Assembly (NCBI GenBank): GCA_045577175.1
Contig: JAZNHT010000023.1
Span: 38,407-102,406, forward strand
Direction: 5' to 3'
DNA: 64,000 nucleotides
Origin: Eubacteriales bacterium
GTDB taxonomy: Bacteria; Bacillota; Clostridia; Oscillospirales; CAG-272
Of this stretch, positions 55,591 to 63,106 are shown piece by piece. Made by a program: the position numbers and the translations under genes. The notes beneath the pieces are model-generated. The model made no database searches. It was not told the DNA's origin and worked only from the letters and a program-made list of their open reading frames with translations. The number at the start of each line of letters is the position of its first letter. Position 1 is the first letter of the stretch.

Positions 55591-56949
55591 TCATGCAAAA
55601 ATATCGTTAAGCTGATAAATACGGTTCGAGCCGTTGCTGACGACGATAACCGTATCTCCCGGCATAAATGCGGAATTACCGTCGGGAATAACTGTGGTCT
55701 TCCCGTGGGTGATCGCCGCGATCAGCACGTTCTTCCTCAGTTTGAAATTCCGCAAAGGCTCGCCTGCATGAAGCGTCTCCTTATCCACGCGGAATTCGAT
55801 CGCCTCCGCTTTTCCGTCTGCGATAAAATGGACCGCTTTTGCCGCGCCGGTCTGATTGCGCATCGCACGGACATATCGGACAATACTGCTGCAGCAAAGA
55901 TCCTTTGGGCTGATAATACTGCCAAGGGGGAGACTGTCGAGCATACGGCTGTCCTCCACACGACCGATTTTCGTAATAATCTGCGGTACACCGTGGCTGT
56001 GCGCGAACAGAGAAATCACCATATTGACCTCATCCATGCCGGTCAGCGATACGACCGCGTCAAACGTTGTGAGTCCTTCACTCTCGAGCATAGGCTGACT
56101 GCTTGCATCCCCGGCTACAATATTTGCAGTCGGAAGCAAAGCAGCAAGCAGCACACAACGGGCACGGTCCTTCTCGATAATTTTCACATCAATGCCGTTC
56201 TTCTCGAGCTGGTCGGCAAGGTAAAAGCTCGTCCTGCCGCCGCCGCTGATAAGCACGTTGCGAACCTTCCGTTTCAAAATACCCAGATTCTTCATCAGAA
56301 CGCTGAGGTTATTCATCGGAGCTGTAACGAAGATGCGATCTCCCTCTTTCAGGACAAAATCACCTGCGGGGGTGATGACCTCACCGCCGCGAAGGACGGC
56401 ACAGATCAGTATTTTGCAACGAACGATCTCACTGACACGGCAGAGCGGAACGTCGCAAAGCTTACTTCCCTCCTCAATGCGAAGCTCGGCAATCTCGACC
56501 TTGCCTTTAGCGAACGTGTCGAGCTTCAGAAAACCGGGATATTTGAGCAGTCGCTCAATCTCCGCCGCCGCCTGCTTTTCGGGATTGACCGTCATGGACA
56601 ATGCAAAAACATCGCGCATTTCGTAAATCTGATCGGAATATTCGGGATTGCGCACACGGGCAATCGTGTGCAGCTTCGGATTGAGGCTGTGCGCGGTGAC
56701 ACACGCAAGGAGATTGACCTCGTCCGTGCCCGTAACCGCGATCAGAAGATCCGCCGTTTCGACACCTGCCTGGATCAGGGTTTCCTTCACGGCGCAATTA
56801 CCAGAAACAGTCATGACGTCGTACTGTTGGAGTCCCTCCTCAAGCACCTCGGGATCGCTGTCGATGAGCGTGAGATTATATCCCTCCGAGGAAAGCTGAC
56901 GCGCAAGCGTCGCGCCGACCTTACCGTGTCCCGCTATCAAAATTTTCAT
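55591..56949 (-). CDS. trkA: TrkA K+ uptake regulatory subunit (tandem RCK, long form)
   Basis: MKILIAGHGKVGATLA, with a second Rossmann motif VLISGGGRTSFYLA. 452 aa with duplicated TrkA_N/TrkA_C units. Confidence 0.9.
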   Translation of the reverse strand: MKILIAGHGKVGATLARQLSSEGYNLTLIDSDPEVLEEGLQQYDVMTVSGNCAVKETLIQAGVETADLLIAVTGTDEVNLLACVTAHSLNPKLHTIARVRNPEYSDQIYEMRDVFALSMTVNPEKQAAAEIERLLKYPGFLKLDTFAKGKVEIAELRIEEGSKLCDVPLCRVSEIVRCKILICAVLRGGEVITPAGDFVLKEGDRIFVTAPMNNLSVLMKNLGILKRKVRNVLISGGGRTSFYLADQLEKNGIDVKIIEKDRARCVLLAALLPTANIVAGDASSQPMLESEGLTTFDAVVSLTGMDEVNMVISLFAHSHGVPQIITKIGRVEDSRMLDSLPLGSIISPKDLCCSSIVRYVRAMRNQTGAAKAVHFIADGKAEAIEFRVDKETLHAGEPLRNFKLRKNVLIAAITHGKTTVIPDGNSAFMPGDTVIVVSNGSNRIYQLNDIFA

Positions 56950-57026
56950 AAAGCACCGCCTGTCATTGCATTGTATAAAATTTTATATTTATTATAGTAC
57001 TTTTACAGCGAAATGTCAAGAAGGGC

Positions 57027-57061
57027 AAAAAGAAAGCCGGACACCCGTACAGGTGCCCGGC
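57027..57061 (-). terminator. Rho-independent terminator after the lexA-VOC-ABM genes
   Basis: The minus strand has GCCGGGCACC / 6-nt loop / GGTGTCCGGC (one mismatch), followed by TTTCTTTTT. Confidence 0.75.
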
Positions 57062-57107
57062 GGTTCGGTTGTCTCCTTTCGGCACGGGAGGCACAGCTAC
57101 TCCTGCC

Positions 57108-57401
57108 TCAATCAAACGCGATCGGTGTGGTTTTGATGCTCCGTCTCGGCTCTGCCATCATCGGTGCGACCGTATCGCGCCATTTTGCATAGTGCGCGGT
57201 TTCCTTATGTGCCGCGGCACCTGCCGCATCGGCATAGACCTCGCACAGGATGAATTTCGTCGGATCGCTGTCATCTCTGAGAACGTCAAAGCGAATATTC
57301 GCCGGCTCCTTGCGCGAATTTCTGTGGTTCTCCAGCGTTGCCTCGATGAAGGCATCCACGCACTCGGGCTTTACGCTTACAAAAACAATGGTATCAATCA
57401 T
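57108..57401 (-). CDS. Antibiotic-biosynthesis-monooxygenase (ABM) domain protein
   Basis: The 97-aa ferredoxin-like fold sequence IVFVSVKPECVDAFIEATLENHRNSRKEPANIRFDVLRD..DPTKFILCEVY.D..AAAAHKET.HY..W is typical of ABM. Confidence 0.75.
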   Translation of the reverse strand: MIDTIVFVSVKPECVDAFIEATLENHRNSRKEPANIRFDVLRDDSDPTKFILCEVYADAAGAAAHKETAHYAKWRDTVAPMMAEPRRSIKTTPIAFD

Positions 57402-57403
57402 GT

Positions 57404-57832
57404 TTATACCTCCAACGGATTTGCTTCGAGAATACGGATAAATTCCATCTCCGCACCGCCCGGTGAGCGGACGAATGCGCAGTTGAGCGTGAGCGCAACG
57501 GGCGCAGAGGGAACGGGACGCACAGCAGGCTCCATAATCGACTGAGCACCTGCCGCCATCGCGCGGTTGTATGCGGCTTCCACGTCCTCGACGTGGAAAG
57601 CAAAGTGGATATAGCGCGCGTTTGCCTGCTCCTCGTCCGAGCCGAGCGAAAACAGCTCGATCATACCGCCGCTGCCGATCTCGAAAAGCTCGATCTGCTT
57701 TTCGCCCTTGTTCCAGGCAACGTATGGCTTCAGCCCGAGTCCCTCGGTAAGGAAGCGACGCTCCGCTTCAAAATCCTTTACGCTGAGTGCGATGTGATGA
57801 AATCCCATACCGGGAATGCGATCGTTTGCCAT
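57404..57832 (-). CDS. VOC-family (glyoxalase/bleomycin-resistance-fold) protein
   Basis: GGAGG lies 8 nt before ATG 57832 (MANDRIPGMGFHHIALSVKDFEAERRFLTEGLGL). ...HFAFHVEDVEAAY... Confidence 0.75.
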   Translation of the reverse strand: MANDRIPGMGFHHIALSVKDFEAERRFLTEGLGLKPYVAWNKGEKQIELFEIGSGGMIELFSLGSDEEQANARYIHFAFHVEDVEAAYNRAMAAGAQSIMEPAVRPVPSAPVALTLNCAFVRSPGGAEMEFIRILEANPLEV

Positions 57833-57877
57833 GATATTTTCCTCCGAACAGATCAAATCGTATTTATCAGTTAAGAA

Positions 57878-58489
57878 TTACGCATAATAACGCATCGAGG
57901 ATACGACACGCCCGAGAATATCGACACGGTCAACAATGATCGGCTGCATGGATGCGTTTTCAGGCTGGAGGCGGTAGTGTCCGTCCTCCTTATAAAAACG
58001 CTTGACGGTCGCCTCGTCCTCGATCATTGCAACGACAATGTCCCCGTTTTCCGCCACCGACTGCTTCTCCACAATGACGAGATCCCCGTCTAGGATGCCT
58101 GCGTCAATCATGCTCGTGCCGCTGACGCGGAGTGCAAACAAAGCCTCTGCCCGTGAGCGTCCGCTTGCCGTCGGAAAGACGACGTACCCATCGTAATTTT
58201 CCGTTGCAAGAATCGGCTGACCGGCGGTGACGCGTCCGACAATCGGGATACGGATGCTGAAAGCGGGCGGAATATACCCTGCGCCGAGGCGCAAGGTGCG
58301 GCTCTTCCCTTCCTCTTTGGAAAGGAGCCCCTTTTCTCTGAGTCTTTGCAGATAGGTATGTACGGTGGATGTGCTCTTGATATTCAGCGCGGTTTTAATA
58401 TCGCGGACGGAGGGCGAGTACCCCTCCTTCTCCCAAGTCGCGGCGATATAGTCAAGGATTTCGCGTTCGCGTTCCGATGCGTTTTCCAT
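57878..58489 (-). CDS. lexA: LexA repressor
   Basis: N-terminal winged helix YSPSVRDIKTALNIKSTSTVHTYLQRLREKG. Cleavage and peptidase region VSGTSMIDAGILDGDLVIV...VKRF. Confidence 0.9.
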   Translation of the reverse strand: MENASEREREILDYIAATWEKEGYSPSVRDIKTALNIKSTSTVHTYLQRLREKGLLSKEEGKSRTLRLGAGYIPPAFSIRIPIVGRVTAGQPILATENYDGYVVFPTASGRSRAEALFALRVSGTSMIDAGILDGDLVIVEKQSVAENGDIVVAMIEDEATVKRFYKEDGHYRLQPENASMQPIIVDRVDILGRVVSSMRYYA

Positions 58490-58513
58490 AATCCGTCTCC
58501 TGTATCAAAAAAT

Positions 58514-58527
58514 CGAAAATTTGTTCT
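58514..58527. promoter_or_regulatory. Candidate SOS (Cheo-type) box upstream of lexA
   Basis: CGAAAATTTGTTCT, about 25 nt upstream of the lexA start. It matches GAAC-N4-GTTC with one mismatch (GAAA-ATTT-GTTC). Confidence 0.5.
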
Positions 58528-58680
58528 GCTACCATTATACCACACAAATGCACCAAAGTCAAACAAAAGTTCGTTTTTTTCGAAAAAGAATTGCACCGTG
58601 CCACAATATGCAAAACAGGCACCATCTGAGCCAAATCTTTATGAAGAAACTGTAAAAAACGAAGAAAAACAAAAAAATGC

Positions 58681-58709
58681 TTGCAATTTATGTGAAATAG
58701 GTATATAAT
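58681..58709 (+). promoter_or_regulatory. Sigma-A-type promoter of the PEPCK gene
   Basis: TTGCAA (58681-58686), 17-nt spacer, TATAAT (58704-58709). Confidence 0.6.
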
Positions 58710-58774
58710 GTAACATAGAAAAATTTGTGTTTTTCTTATGTAAAAAAATCAAAATTTTATACAGGAGTGTTCCC

Positions 58775-60553
58775 ATGACCAACAACAAGCACATCTTAAG
58801 CTGGATCGACGAAATGGCCGCTCTCACGCAGCCCGACAAGATCGTCTGGATCGACGGCTCCGACGAGCAGACCGACGCTTTGCGCGCCGAGGCTTGCTCC
58901 ACCGGCGAGATCGTCAAGCTGAACGAAGAGCTGCTCCCGAACTGCTATCTCCACCGCACCGCCGTCAACGACGTTGCACGCGTGGAAGGCAGAACGTTCA
59001 TCTGCACTTCCAAGAAAGAAGATGCAGGCAACATCAACAACTGGATGGCTCCCGCTGAATGCTACGAGAAGCTCTCCAAGCTCTACAAGGGCTCCATGAA
59101 GGGCAGAACGATGTACGTTATCCCCTACGCAATGGGTCAGGTAGGCTCCGATTTCGCAAAATACGGCATCGAGCTGACCGACTCCATCTACGTCGTTCTG
59201 AACATGCTGATTATGACCCGTGCGGGCAAGCACGTTCTGGACGCGATGGGTGACGATGCAGGCTTCATCAAGGGTCTGCACGCAAAGGCCGATCTTGACG
59301 AGGAGAACCGCTACATCTGCCACTTCCCCGAGGACAACACGATCTGGTCCGTTAACTCCGGCTACGGCGGAAACGTTCTGCTCGGCAAGAAGTGCTTCGC
59401 TCTGCGTATCGCTTCCTTCCTCGGCCGCAACGAGGGATGGATGGCTGAGCACATGCTCATCCTCGGTATCGAAACGCCGAACGGTGAGACGAAGTACGTC
59501 AGCGCCGCATTCCCCTCTGCCTGCGGTAAGACGAACCTCGCTATGCTGATTCCGCCGGAGGTTTACAAGAAGCAGGGATACAAGGTATGGTGCGTCGGTG
59601 ACGACATCGCATGGCTGCGCGTCGGCAAGGACGGCGGTCTGTGGGCTGTCAACCCCGAGAACGGTTTCTTCGGCGTTGCCCCCGGCACGAACGAGAAATC
59701 CAATCCGAACGCTCTCCACACCGCACAGCGTGACACGATCTTCACGAACGTTGTGCACGATCTCGACAACAACACCGTTTGGTGGGAAGGTCTCAACGAC
59801 AACCCGCCGAAGAATGCAATCGACTGGAAGGGCAATCCCTGGGATTACACCAAGTACGACAAGAAGGATAAATCCACCTGCGGTGCACATCCGAACTCCC
59901 GCTTCACCGCAAGCGCGGCGAACTGCCCCTGCATCTCCGATAAATTTGACGATCCGGCAGGTGTGCCGATCTCCGCAATCATCTTCGGCGGCAGACGTGC
60001 AAAGACGGCTCCGCTGGTTTACCAGTCCTTCGGCTGGCAGCACGGTACGTTCGTAGGCTCCATCATGGCGTCCGAGACGACCGCAGCAGCCGCAGGCGCT
60101 GTCGGCGTAGTCCGCCGCGATCCGATGGCTATGCGCCCGTTCGTCGGCTACAACATGGGTGACTACTTCGCACACTGGCTCGCTATGGGCGACAAGATCC
60201 CGAACGCTCCGAAGATCTTCCACGTCAACTGGTTCCGCACCGATGACGAAGGTCACTTCATCTGGCCGGGATTCGGCGACAACATGCGCGTGCTGATGTG
60301 GATCCTCGCTCGCTGCGAAGGCAAGGTTGACGCTGTTGAGACCGCAATCGGTTACGTTCCGAAGGCGGAGGACATCAACATTGACGGTCTGGACGGTGTT
60401 ACGATCGACACCATCCGCGACCTCCTCTCCGTTGACACCGCAAGCTGGAAAGAGGACATCGCAAACATCAAGGAGTTCTATGAGCTCGTCGGTGATCGCG
60501 TTCCTGCTGCGTTGCACGAAGAGCTTGCTGCTCTTGAGGCTCGTCTGGGCTGA
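58775..60553 (+). CDS. pck: Phosphoenolpyruvate carboxykinase (GTP)
   Basis: Start MTNNKHILSWIDE at 58775. Kinase-1a motif FPSACGKTNLAML; ...WCVGDDIAWL...; ~590 aa, typical of GTP-dependent PEPCK. Confidence 0.9.
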   Translation: MTNNKHILSWIDEMAALTQPDKIVWIDGSDEQTDALRAEACSTGEIVKLNEELLPNCYLHRTAVNDVARVEGRTFICTSKKEDAGNINNWMAPAECYEKLSKLYKGSMKGRTMYVIPYAMGQVGSDFAKYGIELTDSIYVVLNMLIMTRAGKHVLDAMGDDAGFIKGLHAKADLDEENRYICHFPEDNTIWSVNSGYGGNVLLGKKCFALRIASFLGRNEGWMAEHMLILGIETPNGETKYVSAAFPSACGKTNLAMLIPPEVYKKQGYKVWCVGDDIAWLRVGKDGGLWAVNPENGFFGVAPGTNEKSNPNALHTAQRDTIFTNVVHDLDNNTVWWEGLNDNPPKNAIDWKGNPWDYTKYDKKDKSTCGAHPNSRFTASAANCPCISDKFDDPAGVPISAIIFGGRRAKTAPLVYQSFGWQHGTFVGSIMASETTAAAAGAVGVVRRDPMAMRPFVGYNMGDYFAHWLAMGDKIPNAPKIFHVNWFRTDDEGHFIWPGFGDNMRVLMWILARCEGKVDAVETAIGYVPKAEDINIDGLDGVTIDTIRDLLSVDTASWKEDIANIKEFYELVGDRVPAALHEELAALEARLG

Positions 60554-60564
60554 TAAAAAAACGA

Positions 60565-60597
60565 AAGGCATTACCGTTTCGGTAGTGCCTTTTTTAT
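60565..60597 (+). terminator. Rho-independent terminator after pck
   Basis: GGCATTACC (60567-60575) / GTTTC / GGTAGTGCC (60581-60589), followed by TTTTTTATTTTT. Confidence 0.8.
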
Positions 60598-60606
60598 TTT
60601 TCCCTC

Positions 60607-60635
60607 TTGACATTTGCTTTTGAACGTGGTAAAAT
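60607..60635 (+). promoter_or_regulatory. Sigma-A-type promoter of the TetR/ABC operon
   Basis: TTGACA (60607-60612), 17-nt spacer, TAAAAT (60630-60635). Confidence 0.6.
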
Positions 60636-60646
60636 AACAATTGATA

Positions 60647-60662
60647 TATAACAAGCGTTATA
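60647..60662. promoter_or_regulatory. Candidate TetR operator palindrome
   Basis: TATAAC-AAGC-GTTATA is a perfect 6-4-6 inverted repeat between the -10 element and the TetR gene RBS. Confidence 0.5.
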
Positions 60663-60674
60663 CAGGAGGTTCCA

Positions 60675-61229
60675 ATGCCGCCTAAAACAAAGATTACAAA
60701 AGACAATATCATCGAGGCCGCCGTGCAAACTGTCCGTGAAAGCGGTGCCGATGCGCTGAACGCACGGGATCTTGCCGAAAGGCTCGGATGCTCTACCCAA
60801 CCGATTTTTTCAAACTTCACATCCATGAATGAGCTGCGTCTTGCCGTTGTGGCAGAGGCCGACCGACTCTATGAGGCAATGTGCCGCCGCGAAACGGAAA
60901 GCGGAAAATATCCGCCGTACAAAGCGAGCGGTATGGCATATATCCGCTTTGCGGCGGAGGAGAAGGAGCTGTTCAAGCTCCTCTATATGCGTGACAGACG
61001 GGAGGAACCAATCCCCACGGAAGCCGATGCGCGCCTGACCTCCACCGTCTGCGCTGCCACCGGATTGGAAAAGACGAAGGCAGAGCTGTTTCATCTGGAA
61101 ATGTGGGCGTTTGTGCACGGCATTGCCGTCATGATCGCCACGAATTACTTGCCGCTGGAATGGGAAATGATCAGCAATATGCTGACAGACGCATACCAGG
61201 GACTGAAATCCCGTTTTACAAAGGAGTAA
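60675..61229 (+). CDS. TetR-family transcriptional regulator
   Basis: N-terminal HTH ITKDNIIEAAVQTVRESGADALNARDLAERLGCSTQPIFSNFTSMNEL. Confidence 0.85.
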   Translation: MPPKTKITKDNIIEAAVQTVRESGADALNARDLAERLGCSTQPIFSNFTSMNELRLAVVAEADRLYEAMCRRETESGKYPPYKASGMAYIRFAAEEKELFKLLYMRDRREEPIPTEADARLTSTVCAATGLEKTKAELFHLEMWAFVHGIAVMIATNYLPLEWEMISNMLTDAYQGLKSRFTKE

Positions 61230-61231
61230 CT

Positions 61232-61960
61232 ATGGACGCTATACGCATAGAATCACTGACAAAAAAATACAAGGATACAACCGCCGTGGACGGTCTTTCC
61301 CTCTCCGTAAAGGAAGGAGAGCTTCTCTCCCTGCTCGGAGTCAACGGCGCGGGAAAGACGACAACGATCCGTATGCTTGCGACGCTCTGCAAACCGACGG
61401 AGGGAGATGCCTTTTTGCTTGGAAAAAGCATCCTGCGCGACGCAAATGAGGTAAAGAAAATCATTGCGGTATCTCCGCAGGAGAGCGCAATTGCCGCAGG
61501 GCTGACCGTGCGCGAAAATCTTGCCCTGATCGCAGGCGCACACGGATTTTCCAAAGAGAAAACGCTCGAAAAGACCGCCGAAATGTGCGAAACATTTGCC
61601 CTCTCTGCTGTCATGGATAAAAAAGCCGGCAAGCTGTCAGGAGGTTTTCAGAGACGGCTCAGCATCGCGATGGCGCTCATAAGCGAGCCGCAAATTCTCT
61701 TTCTCGACGAGCCGACGCTCGGATTGGACGTACTCTCGCGCAGTGATCTGTGGGACACAATCCGCGCCCTCAAGGGGAAAGTAACGATCATTCTGACGAC
61801 GCACTACATGGAGGAGGCGGAAGCGCTCTCCGACCGTGTCGCGATCATGAAGGACGGGTGGCTGCTCATCACGGGGACGGCTGAAGAAATCAAAAACACA
61901 GCGGGCACGGACAAATTTGAGGACGCGTTCATCCGCATCGTAAAGGGGGATCTGAAATGA
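61232..61960 (+). CDS. ABC transporter ATP-binding protein (ABC-2 type)
   Basis: ATG 61232 follows AAAGGAG (MDAIRIESLTKKY). Walker A GVNGAGKTT, signature SGGFQRRLSIAMAL, Walker B LFLDEPTLGLD. Confidence 0.9.
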   Translation: MDAIRIESLTKKYKDTTAVDGLSLSVKEGELLSLLGVNGAGKTTTIRMLATLCKPTEGDAFLLGKSILRDANEVKKIIAVSPQESAIAAGLTVRENLALIAGAHGFSKEKTLEKTAEMCETFALSAVMDKKAGKLSGGFQRRLSIAMALISEPQILFLDEPTLGLDVLSRSDLWDTIRALKGKVTIILTTHYMEEAEALSDRVAIMKDGWLLITGTAEEIKNTAGTDKFEDAFIRIVKGDLK

Positions 61961-62685
61961 GATTACGGACGTTTTCCATCCGGTGTGCAAAAGAACTTTT
62001 GCGCGATCCTTTGAATCTCGCATTCGGGCTTGGATTCCCTGTCGTTCTTCTGCTTCTCCTTACTGCTATTCAGGCAAATGTGCCCGTGCCGCTTTTTGAG
62101 ATCGCCCATCTGACACCGGGTGTGTGCATATTCGGGCTTTCGTTTATCACACTGTTTTCCGCTACAATCATTGCCAAGGACAGAAAAAGCGCCCTTCTGG
62201 AACGGCTCTACACAACGCCGATGCGCGCTTCCGATTTCATTCTCGGCTATACGCTGCCCCTTTTGCCGATCTCGTTCGGGCAGTGCGTCATCACCTATGC
62301 GGTTGCCCTCGTGCTCGGACTTCCCTTCCACGTAAATATTTTGTATGCCGCTTTGTTCATTCTGCCCGTTTCGCTTCTGTTCATCTCGCTCGGACTTTTG
62401 TGCGGCAGTATATTCACGGATAAGCAGGTCGGCGGCATCTGCGGCGCACTTCTGACGAATCTGACGGCGTGGCTCTCCGGCACATGGTTTGATCTTGAGC
62501 TTGTCGGAGGAACGTTCCGAAAAATCGCCTATGCCCTGCCGTTTGTGCACGCGGTCGAATTGGAGCGAGCCGTACTGATCGGCAATTTCGGCGGCATTTT
62601 CCCGCACCTGTGGTGGGTGCTCGGATACAGTGCGGTGCTTACGCTTACAGCGATTCTCCTCTTTCTGAGACAAATGAAAAAATAA
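61957..62685 (+). CDS. ABC-2-type transporter permease
   Basis: Overlaps the ATPase stop. Six predicted TM helices. The 242-aa length is typical of an ABC2_membrane protein. Confidence 0.8.
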   Translation: MRLRTFSIRCAKELLRDPLNLAFGLGFPVVLLLLLTAIQANVPVPLFEIAHLTPGVCIFGLSFITLFSATIIAKDRKSALLERLYTTPMRASDFILGYTLPLLPISFGQCVITYAVALVLGLPFHVNILYAALFILPVSLLFISLGLLCGSIFTDKQVGGICGALLTNLTAWLSGTWFDLELVGGTFRKIAYALPFVHAVELERAVLIGNFGGIFPHLWWVLGYSAVLTLTAILLFLRQMKK

Positions 62686-62734
62686 GGACTGCCTTCGGCT
62701 CTGCGTCTTTAACGGAGAATTCAATTTCATAACA

Positions 62735-62877
62735 TAGGGCGGGGGGCTTACTCCCGCCGCTTCGTTTTAATAGTCTACATCGTAGGGGCGGATTCCATAT
62801 CCGCCCTTTTTGTTGATTATTTCGGGAGCATATGGAATGCTCCCCTACGTTTTCGGTGGGAGTGCCCCCCGCCCTAC
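62735..62877. repeat. Nested palindromic element: four hairpin units arranged A-B / B'-A'
   Basis: Unit A is TAGGGCGGGGGGCTTACTCCCGCC (62735-). Unit D (62854-62876) is its inverted copy; its reverse complement reads TAGGGCGGGGGGCACTCCCACCG. Unit B is GTAGGGGCGGATTCCATATCCGCCC (62782-62806). The reverse complement of unit C (62824-62848) reads GTAGGGGAGCATTCCATATGCTCCC. B and C differ only at stem positions that stay complementary (CGG/CCG versus AGC/GCT). Hairpin B plus TTTTT (62786-62812) can also serve as the terminator of the ABC-2 operon. Confidence 0.8.
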
Positions 62878-62995
62878 GATGCGCCATTTCTCTGCCGATA
62901 GTGTGTAACCGACTGTGCGAGGACTGCCTCGCGCTATACTTGCCCCGGACGCGAGAGGCGGGAAATGCGTTATATTAAATCTCTTGCACTTCAAC

Positions 62996-63013
62996 CAACT
63001 TAACCATAAGTTG
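62996..63013. promoter_or_regulatory. Perfect 7-4-7 palindrome upstream of the XRE-regulator gene
   Basis: CAACTTA-ACCA-TAAGTTG lies about 23 nt upstream of the candidate -35 element. Confidence 0.35.
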
Positions 63014-63035
63014 ATTTTATCCTAATATAGCGTTG

Positions 63036-63064
63036 TTGAATTAACTTCGTTCTCATGCTATACT
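63036..63064 (+). promoter_or_regulatory. Candidate promoter of the XRE-family regulator gene
   Basis: TTGAAT (63036-63041), 17-nt spacer, TGcTATACT (-10 at 63059-63064). Confidence 0.45.
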
Positions 63065-63106
63065 TATATCCGTGAAGCGCATCACAATAAAAATTGGAGG
63101 TTTCTT

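Noticed and set aside
56950-57035. Possible c-di-AMP (ydaO-type) riboswitch upstream of the K+ uptake operon, and possible T-box upstream of argS (49476-49523).
   Set aside because: The trkA leader is only a few tens of nt and contains just a promoter-like TATAAT. argS starts 1 nt after prs, leaving no room for a leader RNA.
58567-58590. AAAGTTCGTTTTTTTCGAAAAAG inverted repeat between lexA and pck, considered as a second SOS box.
   Set aside because: The half-site order is GTTC...CGAA (the reverse of GAAC-N4-GTTC) with 7-nt spacing. It does not fit the LexA consensus, and its significance is unknown.
58796-60826. 676-aa minus-strand ORF opposite the PEPCK gene. Similar cases are 27643-29208 (opposite the ABC gene), 48365-49810 (opposite prs), 55705-56997 (opposite trkA), 52031-52798 (opposite ktrA), 43041-44009 and 43918-44844.
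   Set aside because: These are antisense to genes with unambiguous family motifs (P-loops, GGQ, Rossmann folds). They show no independent coding evidence.
62645-62887. 80-aa minus-strand ORF (MAHRRAGGTPTENVGEHSICSRNNQQKGRIWNPPLRC...).
   Set aside because: It is simply the translation of the nested palindromic repeat units and overlaps the end of the ABC-2 permease gene. The repeat structure explains the open frame.
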